Assembly (NCBI GenBank): GCA_965205505.1
Contig: CBDBHB010000007.1
Location: 416,001-480,000, forward strand
Direction of reading: 5' to 3'
Source: Acidobacteriota bacterium
GTDB lineage: Bacteria; Acidobacteriota; UBA890; WLXD01
DNA length: 64,000 bases
Shown: one piece after another, positions 20,753-31,802 of the stretch
Layout: every line of letters starts with the position of its first letter
Position numbering within the stretch: position 1 is the first letter of the stretch
Position numbers and translations under genes: made by a program
Notes under the pieces: generated by a model
What the model was told of the DNA's origin: nothing
The model's database searches: none
What the model saw: the letters and a program-made list of their open reading frames with translations, nothing else

Positions 20753-22055
20753 GAGAGCTGGACCCCATCCTTTGGACAGGTTTGGGTCACAGCTAAGGTG
20801 GAATCCGGGTTCATGATTCAGGCTGCCTTGGGCTGACAGGAGACGGGGCGTAGCCCCAGGCTCCTTTCAGCCCCGTCGTCAGTGTACGCCTCCTCGGGCG
20901 TCCGGTCGTCGAGCGACGAGTGCGGTCGGCGCTCGTTGTAGAAGTCCATCCAGCAGCCGATCCCGGCCCGAGCCTCGGAGCCAGTCGCGTACTCTGACAG
21001 ATAGACTTGCTCGTATTTCAGTGATCGCCATAGCCGCTCGATGAAGACGTTGTCCATCCAGCGGCCCGTGCCGTCCATGGAGATCCGAATGCCGGCCTCC
21101 TTGAGCGCGTCGGTGAAGTCGACGCTGGTGAATTGGCTACCCTGATCAGTGTTGAAGATCTCGGGCGCATCGTAGCGCTCGAGAGCCTCTTGCAAGGCCT
21201 CGGCGCAGAAGCTCGCATCGAGCGTGTTGGACAGGCGCCAGGACAGCACCTTGCGGCTCGCCCAGTCCATCACCGCAACCAGGTACAGAAAACCTCGCTG
21301 CAGCGGGATGTAGGTCACATCCGCACACCAAACGTGGTTCGGTCGCGTGATCTGCAGATCGCCCAGCAGGTAGGGATAGATCCTGTGCTCCGGGTGCGGC
21401 TGAGACGTCCTGGGCCGCTGGAAGATAGCTTGCAACCGCAGCAGCCGCATCAGGCGGCGCACCCGCTTGCGAGAGACCGTGTAGCCCTGACGACGTAGCC
21501 AGCGTTTCATCTGACGGGAGCCGTAGAACGGCGTCTCCAAAAACTGCTCGTCGATCAACCGCATCAGGCGCAGGTTCAACGGACTCTCGCCCTTGCCCTC
21601 GTAGTAGAACGACGAGCGCGCGATCGACACCAAGCAGCACTGTCGCGCGATGCTGAGCCTTGCGTGGTCGCGATCAACCATCGCTACTCTCCGGCCGCGG
21701 CTCAACGACCGAAGACTTTGGATAAAAAATCCCGCTCGATGACGAGCTCTCCGATCTTCGCCCGCAGCTCCTTGATCTCCGCCTCCCGAGAGACCTCATC
21801 CCGCTCTTGCTTGCCCGAGAAGCCGGGCCAGTACCTTCTGCCGAGCCTTCTTCTTCCAGTTGGCGATCAGGTTCGGATGCACATCGTAGCGGGCTGCCAG
21901 CTCCGCCATCGTCGCTTCCTCCCGAAGCGCCTCCAAAGCGACCTTCGCCTTCAGCTCAGCAGGATAACTTCGTCTCTTCCGTGGCATTCCAGACTCCTTC
22001 TCCTTGGTCTGGATTCCACCTTAGCAAGCTGTCCGAATTTCGGGGTCCACCTCTG
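20753..22055 (-). mobile_element. IS3-family element, full length (orfA frameshifted)
   Basis: Same IRs as 1801-2620; orfA 21987 onward MPRKRRSYPAELKAKVALEAL; orfB 20818-21705. Confidence 0.92.
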
Positions 22056-22252
22056 TATAGAGCGACAGCCGCAACGTAGAGCAGAGCGCAAGTACCGCCC
22101 GCCGCGGCGGCCAGCTCGTGGCGTACCGATGAGACTCCGGTCGCCAAGACCACGGCCTTGGACTGGACTTGTGCCGGCAAACGAGCGTCACTGTGGGTGC
22201 CTTCGGCCGACGGTTCCGGACCGAACATATGTGCACGAAAACCCAACCCGGC

Positions 22253-22722
22253 ATGGCCCCACGCGGGGCCGATGAGATGGCCGCCCTTCAGGAGCGGATC
22301 GCGGCGCTTGGGGCGATACAGCTGCCCACGCTGCGTGATGAATGGTGGCGTCTTTACCAGACACTCCCGCCCCGGCGGCTCAGCCGCGATCTGCTGATCC
22401 GGGGCATCGCCTACAAGCTGCAGGAAAACGCCCACGGTGGCTTGAGCAAGGCCACCCAGCGCCGCCTTCGGACACTGGCCAAGACCTTCGCCCAGACCGG
22501 CCGTGTGGCCCCCGGGAGGGGTCCGCGGCTGCGCCCTGGCGCGCGGCTGGTGCGGCAGTGGCGCGGTCGAACCTACGTGGTCACCGTCACCGAAACTGGC
22601 TTCGAGTACACCGGTAAGCTGTATCGCTCCTTGAGCAGTATCGCCCGGCGTATCACCGGCGCCCATTGGTCCGGCCCCCGCTTCTTCGGCGTTCAGGGAG
22701 CGCCGCGCGCCAAGGGCTCGCC

Positions 22723-22726
<4 letters not shown>
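22253..22726 (+). CDS. DUF2924-domain protein
   Basis: LRDEWWRLY..LSRDLLIRGIAYKLQENAHGGL..PGARLVRQWRG..YRSLSSIARRITGAHWSGPRFFG. Confidence 0.9.
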
Positions 22727-24462
<1,736 letters not shown>

Positions 24463-24699
24463 TCTTTGAATGGGCACCGTCAACGGCCAAAAACCCGTAC
24501 CACCGCAAGGGGCTCGAGAGACATCGGCGCCGCAAGCTGGCGCCAGAGCGCACCGTGGTGTCTCTGTTGGCTTCAGGGGCAGCATCGAGTGCCGCTAAAG
24601 TCCTGAGAATAAAAGGGATATAGGCGGCGGTCTTGATAACTCCCGCAGTAATCTCAATGGCTCAAGTGGTAGGCGGAGGGCCGAGCATGAGAAGACCGG

Positions 24700-25066
24700 G
24701 TACGAACACCGGACGCCGGTGACCGCCGAAGCACTTGCCGCCCTGGAAGAGGCGCGAAAGAGGAATCCCGGAGTCGGGGACACTCCGGTGCTGCCCGCGC
24801 CGAGGGATCCCTCGACATGCCTGAGCCGCGCGCGGGCGGGCGTCTGGTGGGGCAAGGCCCAGAAGCTCGCGGGCCTGGAGCCCCGGCGTGGGAGAGGCTG
24901 GCACTCGCTGAGGCGGAAGTTCGCCTCGGACCTGATGGACCAGGCTCAAGGTGCTTTGCGAACTGGGGGGTTGGAAGACGGCCCAGACCGTGCTCCAGTG
25001 CTACCAGCGGGCGGACAAGACACAGCTCAGGCAGGCTCTGGAGAGCCGCCGGCGAGTTCGCGTCTA
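24700..25066 (+). pseudogene. Tyrosine integrase C-terminal fragment
   Basis: GWHSLRRKFASDL then (frameshift) LGGWKTAQTVLQCYQ. Confidence 0.75.
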
Positions 25067-25169
25067 GAGTACAATCGGCGGGAATCAAACGGCGGGAATC
25101 CGGTCTATCGAACCCGTAAGTACAATCACCACAGTCAGATGCGAACCCGTGAGCATCTGTTTGGTAGAT

Positions 25170-25783
25170 AGATCCAGCCTGCGGAACGCCTCGTACTCCG
25201 TGCTCCAGGCGTTGGTCAGCCGGCAGATCGCCGACGGCGACAGGTCGCTCGCCTCCTGCCCCAGTAGGATCGGCAGCGCCTCCTTGAAGTCGCCCGTCGA
25301 CAAGCCCCTCAGGTACAGCACCGGCAACACCTCAGCCAACTTTGGCGAACGCCGCATGTACGGCGGCAGGATCCGACTGCTGAACCGCTGCCTGAGTCCC
25401 TGCTCGTCGAGCCGCTTATCGTTGATCCGCGGTGCAGCTACCTGGACCGTCCCGCACCCCAGCGTGATCTTGCGTGCCCAAGCTCGTCCGTTGCGTACTA
25501 CCTGCCGGCGGCCCGCTTCCTCTAGCTGCCCCGCGTAGCGCTGGACATACTCCTGAACCTCCCACTCCAGCGCCGCTGCCAGCATTTGCAGCGCCCCCTG
25601 CCGGGCGAGCTCATCCACGTCCAGCCTCAGCTGCTCTTCCGCACCTTCAGTCCTACCGATAATCTTGAGCACGGGTGGCGTCTCCTTCCCGGCCTCCATA
25701 GCCGGCTGCTGGTTGTTGAAATCCCCAGCGAAGGTTACGCCGCCTTTCTTTTCTCTCCCATCCACAACTTTCGGTTATATCTC
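25170..25783 (-). mobile_element. IS256-family remnant (left end + transposase N-terminus)
   Basis: VVRNG..APRIND..FSSRILPPYMRRS..LYLRGLSTGDF; terminal GAGATATAACCGAAAGTTGTGGAT. Confidence 0.85.
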
Positions 25784-25914
25784 CGACCACGGTCGCGCTT
25801 CAGGCTAGCATTTACACACCTCCGCCTGAACTTTATCCAGGAACGCCGAAGTCTTAGGGGAGAGGGTCTCCATATTGTCGGTGAGCGCCCGGCGAGTAAA
25901 GCGCCCGTGCCAGG

Positions 25915-26439
25915 CTAACCGCCGGCTGCCGATCCCATCAGGCTGAGGAGCAGAACTGCCGGAATGATGAGGGCCAGCCACGCGACGAAACAGACGACTG
26001 CCGCGCGCCACGTGGTCGTGAAATCCAGCGCTTGACGCACGGCAATCACCATGGCGATCAACATCCACACCGAGACGACGCTGAGCACGATCGGACCGAT
26101 ACCGGGCAGGCCTCCGAAGATACGAAGTACACCGGGCGCCTGGGCGAATCCCAGCGTTCGCATCAGCTGGCCCATGTCTGCGTGCGTCTGCGATTCTGGC
26201 AACAGACGGGTGCCGATGAAATATGTCAAGAAGGCCCAGATGACCCACGACAGTAACGCGGCGACAATCGTACCGATGACTCCAATACCGAGGGTCGCGG
26301 CCCCGCTGCCCGCTGCTAGACTGGACAAGAGCACCACACCCATGGCTTGTCCTGTCGCGTGGCTGTCCGCCTCCACTTCCTCGTAAATCTGTACGTCGAG
26401 CTTCGCGACACCGATCATTCTTCTCGGAAAACTGGTCAC
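25915..26439 (-). CDS. Yip1-family membrane protein
   Basis: GAGGAGG RBS + GTG; IYEEVEAD..ATGQA, RTLGFAQAPG, AVRQALD; about 5 TM segments. Confidence 0.8.
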   Translation of the reverse strand: MTSFPRRMIGVAKLDVQIYEEVEADSHATGQAMGVVLLSSLAAGSGAATLGIGVIGTIVAALLSWVIWAFLTYFIGTRLLPESQTHADMGQLMRTLGFAQAPGVLRIFGGLPGIGPIVLSVVSVWMLIAMVIAVRQALDFTTTWRAAVVCFVAWLALIIPAVLLLSLMGSAAGG

Positions 26440-26946
26440 GGCAGAGACCTCCTCACGGCGCCCGTCGACATGATGGCCATCCTGGTGAGCGTGTGTGCCC
26501 GGATTTTCATTGTGGACCCGAGTGGGAACCCTTATACACCGAGCACCCGCCACGAAACCAACTAACCGTGTTTTTGATTGTGGCCGTTGAGTGGTTGCGG
26601 GGCGCTGACGACAGCGGCACAGGACTAAACTGTCCGAGCCTGCAGGTGCGCCGGTGGCGTGGACTGAGCTCGAGGGAGCCACCGAATGGGCTAGCAGGGA
26701 AGAACGGCTGAAGCGGTTCAGTTGGAAACCGGGCGACTTAGAGGTGCGTGACCCAACCCCGACTGTGCTTGCGAAGGCCAACCGCGTGCTTACGAGGTTG
26801 GTCGAGGAGTATCGGGTTGACGGTCCTCAGACCGAGTCAGCATAGAGGAAGGCCTCCCCACTTCCCCGTCCGGGATGGGCCTTTCTTTGTTTTCCTTCCT
26901 CACGATCCTGCAATCGGAACGACTAGGTGCCGGAGACGGTCCTACC

Positions 26947-27216
26947 TCAGCTCTGTTCGTCCTGATAGAAGGCTTCCTCTGCGGTGATTTCGTCCTGATA
27001 GAACACTTCCTCTGCGGTGACGTCCGAGGACCGGTCCTTGTCTGGCGGATCGGCTGCGGGAGTCGTGGTGGTGCTGCGGGCGCTCCGAGACACCGCGAAC
27101 AGAAGCGCAATGACCAACAGCAAGAAGAACGCGACCAACAGCGGAGATACCATCGTGTTTATCCTCCTAGGGGGGCGATCTTGGGCGAGGGTAGCACCGT
27201 CCATGGTGCTTTCCAT
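26947..27216 (-). CDS. Small single-TM hypothetical protein with 11-aa tandem repeat
   Basis: One hydrophobic helix; TAEEVFYQDEI/TAEEAFYQDEQ (33-bp unit, 26956-27020). Confidence 0.45.
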   Translation of the reverse strand: MESTMDGATLAQDRPPRRINTMVSPLLVAFFLLLVIALLFAVSRSARSTTTTPAADPPDKDRSSDVTAEEVFYQDEITAEEAFYQDEQS

Positions 27217-27219
27217 CGG

Positions 27220-27414
27220 CTAGAGGTACCGCGCCACGGCCCCGCGTTCGGCGCTTGCACCGGCTGAGTAGTGAGCGACCATCCGGGCGGTCTTCCAGGC
27301 ACCGGCGAGCATGACCTCGGTAGTGGATGCTCCGCGGCCCGTCAGTTCCGATGCGAGCCCGACGCGCCCGGAGTGGGCGGTAAGTCGTGCCTCGATGCCG
27401 GCGGCTGCTGCTGC
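27220..27414 (-). pseudogene. Cre-like tyrosine recombinase C-terminal fragment
   Basis: LTAHSGRVGLASEL..EVMLAGAWKTARMVAHYS..GAVARYL. Confidence 0.8.
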
Positions 27415-27947
27415 GCTGATCGTCCCCGGCGCCGGGGACGAGCCCCGGCCGGACCCGAGCCTGATGCGGCTGCTCGTGCGCGCCTTCGGGATCCGTGATC
27501 GACTGGACCGCAACCCCGATCTCACGATCCAAAGGATCGCCGAGGCCGAGGGTGTGGTGGCCTCCTACGCCACCCGACTGCTGCGGTTGAGCTTCCTGGC
27601 GCCGGACATCGTCGCGGCCATCCTCGAAGGCCGCCCGCCGCTGGAGTTAACCGCCAACAAGCTCATGCGCGACACGCGACTGCCTCTGGAATGGACCGCG
27701 CAGCGGCAGCGTCTAGGGTTTCCGACCGCTTAGTCTTTGAATGGGCACCGTCAACGGCCAAAAACCCGTACCACCGCAAGGGGCTCGAGAGACATTGGCA
27801 CCGCAAGCTGGCGCCGGAGCGCACCGTGGTGTCTCTGTTGGCTTCAGGGGCAGCATCGAGTGCCGCTAAAGTCCTGAGAATCAAAGGGATATAGGCGGCG
27901 GTCTTGATAACTCCCGCAGTAATCTCAATGGCTCAAGTGGTAGGCGG
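27415..27947 (+). repeat. Partial third copy of the serine recombinase 3' end and element right end
   Basis: Near-identical to 24143-24676. Confidence 0.93.
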
Positions 27948-27983
27948 TGCACCCAGTCTGGAGCGAACCTGTCTCTGCCCGAT

Positions 27984-28176
27984 TTCCCTGTTAAACAGGG
28001 AAAAACAGGGAATTTTATCGATTTAGCCCCAAATCGGCCCGATCGAGGTCTCTTAACCCACTGATATTATGGGGCTTAGGGACCGAATTCCCTACGCAAC
28101 GGAACAGGGAATTTTCTGGCGGCGAACAGGGAATTTCTGCGGCCGAACAGGGAAATCCGTGCGCCGGAACAGGGAA
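27984..28176 (+). repeat. AACAGGGAA iteron-like repeats
   Basis: Direct copies at 27994, 28004, 28103, 28125, 28146, 28168; inverted TTCCCTGTT at 27984. Confidence 0.85.
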
Positions 28177-28884
28177 ATACGATCGGGGGGCTCGGTGGTC
28201 GGTTGCCGTGCCTTCGGCCGACGCGAAGTTGACTGACGCCTCACTGGCTCACCGAGCTGCGGGAGCAGCTCGGGCGGTTGAAGCATGAGCGACCGAAGCG
28301 GCGTGCGATTCGGTGTCCACGTTTCCGCAGCGGGAGGCCTGAACCGGACCCCCGAGCGCGGTTGCGGGAGCGTTGAAGCGTGCGGCGCGCGATCCCGTCA
28401 CGCTCTGCTGCCTCAATGATCCGCCCTGCCGGGGCTGCGCCGCCGTGCTCGTGCAAGTATCCAGGTTGCAGTCGGACTCCCCCCGCTGAAACGCGTTCGG
28501 GTGCACGGCCGATCGAGTCCCCAAAGTGGGGCGCGAGCACCCTAAGATGGGGGGTTTCGTCGGCCGAAATCCCCCGCGCTGCAACGCGCGAGCCACCCGC
28601 GCCTCCTAAGATGGCTCATGCTGCCATCGCCGATCATGGACTTGTCGCCGACTTCGCCAAAGGTTCCGACCCCTTCGTCGGCCTGGTCGCCGCCGGCCAC
28701 TCAATAGCAGTGGCCTATGAGTCGCTGCACCCGGACGCAAGGCCCCGGGTCGGCGTTCACCTCCGCCTTCCCAGACGGACCCTCGTCGAGGGATCACCGG
28801 CCACTATCCCCTCGACCCCCACCCCCACGGGCCGGCCGGGTCCCCGGGGGTGAGAGATGTCCGGTTACAGTCGGACTCCCCCCG

Positions 28885-29446
28885 GCCTGAATCTGGATGA
28901 GTTCCAGAAATCACAGGCGGAGTCGAAACAGCATGATGCCGACAGCACAGTGAAGCTCCGTATCGCCGCAACCTGGATCTGGGCGCTAGCCCAGGTCCAG
29001 AACGATCCGGTGGGGGAGATTACATGGGAGGCTGTCAAGGTCTCAGGCACCGAGCCGCTGGCGGTACGGACTGCTAACAAGCTCCAGCAGCAGGAGCTGT
29101 TGATGCCTGCCATGGGTGGTGCGCGACTACGCATGGCGCTCGAGAGCGCCGGCCTGTGGGATGGCCGCAACCACGTCACCTTCGCGGAGCTCGCGGAGTG
29201 GTTTTCCCGCTATCTGTACCTGCCGCGCGTGCGGGACCGGGACACGCTGATCGAGGCCACAAGAGTGCCGGCCAGATTGCTGACGAGGTCATCAGCCATC
29301 TCGGTGCGTTGCCCGGGGCGAGAGTCAAGGTGGCCATGGAGATCCATGTCCAGATGCCGGAGGGTGCCGATGAGCACCTCGTGCGCACGGTCAAAGAAAA
29401 CGCCTCAACACTGAAGTTCGACCACGTGGCATTCGAGGACGAGTAG
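28885..29446 (+). pseudogene. DUF499 AAA-ATPase C-terminal remnant (internally deleted)
   Basis: LNLDEFQKSQ..LAEWFSRYLYLPRVRD; terminal QIADEVISHL..VRTVKENASTLKF..FEDE. Confidence 0.7.
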
Positions 29447-29700
29447 TCCGGCTGCAGCTTTTGCAGTGCCCACGGGGTCCTCGCTGGTGGCGTAATCGCA
29501 TTGAGTCGCTTTAGGGATCCGTCGAAGTAGGACCGTTTTGTCTGCGCCAGTGACCTGCCCACCCGGCGGCCCAAACAACACTGAGTTCGGCGGTATCGGC
29601 GCCCGCCTCCCACGGGGGATTCTCCGAAAAGAGCGAACAGCTTTACCGTCGGGTGCAGGGGCCTGTTGGGCGGCGGGATTGGTCCGCCACGGATCCATGT

Positions 29701-30114
29701 TCATCTTGGCGATTCCTCGCACCCTCCCGTCGCAGAAGAGCCCGGTTTCGTGAACACGCGGACAAGCTGAGCCGCCTTGAGACCCTGACCCATCGGATAC
29801 TCGGTCCACGCGAGTGTCCCTGCCGCCGTATGAGCCGCGAGTAGTTGCTTGAGTAGCTTGCCGAGGACTATGCGCGGGATCTCGGCACGTCGGCCCGCAT
29901 ACCACTCGAACGGATCTCGTGCTCCCTTCGTCGCGTTGCAGCTTGAGCAGGCCATTACGAGGTTGTCGATTGTGTCGGGTCCTCCCTTGTCGCGCGGGAT
30001 GATGTGCTCCCACTGCAGGGAATCACTCTCGGTCCCGCAGTACGCGCAGCCACAAGAAGTGTCCTCGAGATCCTGGAAGCGGCGCTTGAACGCGGCGTCG
30101 AACAGCTCGCCCAC
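29701..30114 (-). CDS. HNH endonuclease (possibly 5'-truncated)
   Basis: CAYCG..LQWEHIIPRDKGGPDTIDNLVMACSSCNATKG. Confidence 0.8.
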   Translation of the reverse strand: MGELFDAAFKRRFQDLEDTSCGCAYCGTESDSLQWEHIIPRDKGGPDTIDNLVMACSSCNATKGARDPFEWYAGRRAEIPRIVLGKLLKQLLAAHTAAGTLAWTEYPMGQGLKAAQLVRVFTKPGSSATGGCEESPR

Positions 30115-31422
30115 GCTACGGGGGCACCGGTGCGGCGCCGCTGACCGGCCCGCTGCCGAAGCGGGAGACCGTCAACGGCTGGAAGGAAGGCACCACGATC
30201 CCGGCCGAGTACTACCTGGACCCGCAGCACTTCGACGCCGACGAGGCGTTCGTGGCTGAGAACTTCTGGCAGTACACCGACCAGGCGAGCCGTATTCCGA
30301 ACCCGGGCAACTTCTACGTCTTCCAGTTCGGCCGCGCCGAGTCGATCCTGATCGTGCGCGGGCAGGACAACGAGATCCGCGGCTTCTACAACGTGTGTCG
30401 CCACCGCGGCTCGCGTCTGTGTCGCCACGATGCGGACTCGATTCCCTCGGACCCGCGTCTGTCGGTCAAGCAGCTCGGCCAGACGGGAAACTCTCCGGTG
30501 TTCCGGTGTCCGTACCACGCGTGGACCTATGACACCGAGGGCAGCCTCATCTATGCCTACGGCATGCAGGATGACTTCGATCCGGCCGACAACGGCCTGC
30601 TGCCGTGCCACACGCGAGTCGCGGCCGGGCAGGTGTTCGTCAACCTGTCGAAATCCGACACGCCACCGGACTTCGACGCCGCCGTGAGTCGCCTGCGCGG
30701 TATTGCCGACAAGTACAGCCTCGCCGAGCTGAAGGTCGGGGCGCGCGAGTACTACCCGATCAACGCCAACTGGAAGCTGGCGCTGGAGAACTTCAAGGAG
30801 TGCTACCACTGCGGGCCGGCCCACACGCCGCTGGTGACCACCCACAACTGGAGCAACGAGGTCACCCCAGAGCAGCGCGAAGAGCGTGCCGCGGCGGTCG
30901 CGGCATGGGTTCCAGAGAAGGCATGGCGCGACCGACGTCCGGCCGCGGGCATGGGTGGTCAGGGCATGGCAGACGGAGCCGGAGTACAGCTTCGGCGGGA
31001 TGCTCAATCCCGGCTACGTGACCGGCACGATCGACGGCAAGGCATCGTCGCTCCTGCTGCCCAACATCGATGGCTGGAACCACGAGACCAACGTGGTGAC
31101 GACGGCCGAGTCGACCGGCTACTGGCAGTGCTACGACGACCACGTCGCCGTGGCGCGGTTCAGGCCGCGGACGGAGAAGTTCACCGACTGCGAGATTGTC
31201 TGGCTCGTGCACCCGGATGCTCGCGAAGGCATCGACTTCGATCCCGAGCACGTCAAGGGGCTCTGGCACGTGACGATCCAGGAGGACATCTGGATCACCG
31301 ACAACAACCACGCCGGCATCGAGTCGGGCGCCTACTCAGCAGGTCGATACTCCAGCCACGAGGGCGGCTGCTCCGGTTTCATCAGCCGCTACATGAAGGA
31401 GATCGTCAAGGCGGGGGACTGA
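30115..31422 (+). pseudogene. Rieske non-heme iron oxygenase alpha subunit, 5'-truncated, one frameshift near 30960
   Basis: NVCRHRG..CPYHAWTY Rieske motif; NWKLALENFKECYHCGPAH; C-terminal QEDIWI in the 30886-31422 frame. Confidence 0.85.
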
Positions 31423-31449
31423 CGCGCGTCCGCAACGTGTGCTAACGCG

Positions 31450-31788
31450 TCAGTAGACTCTGCCGCCGAGCGCAGCGCGCCGGCTCGTCGTCAACAGCGA
31501 CACCTTCTCAGGGTTCTCGTCGGAAGGAGCACCCAGGATCAGCACCTCCGACATGAACCCGGCGATGTTCTTCGGCTCGAAGTTGACGACGCAGAGCACT
31601 TGGAGGCCGAGCAATTCCTCCTCCGTGTAATTCGTCGCCTGTGCAACAGAGCGTTTGGAACCGATGTCTGAATCGCCGAAATCCACGGTGACCTTGTAGG
31701 AGGGATTGCGAGCCCGGGGAAACGGATCAACGGCAACGATCGTTCCGACGCGGATGTCGATCTTCATGAAGTCATCGAATGTCGCCAT
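31450..31788 (-). CDS. csaA: CsaA/Trbp111-type tRNA-binding chaperone
   Basis: TFDDFMKIDIRVGTIV..VVNFEPKNIAGFMSEVLILG. Confidence 0.85.
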   Translation of the reverse strand: MATFDDFMKIDIRVGTIVAVDPFPRARNPSYKVTVDFGDSDIGSKRSVAQATNYTEEELLGLQVLCVVNFEPKNIAGFMSEVLILGAPSDENPEKVSLLTTSRRAALGGRVY

Positions 31789-31802
31789 GTGGCCCGTGTG
31801 TC

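Noticed and set aside
28100-28178. CRISPR array
   Set aside because: Repeat of about 10 bp with 11-12-bp spacers and no cas genes; better explained as iterons
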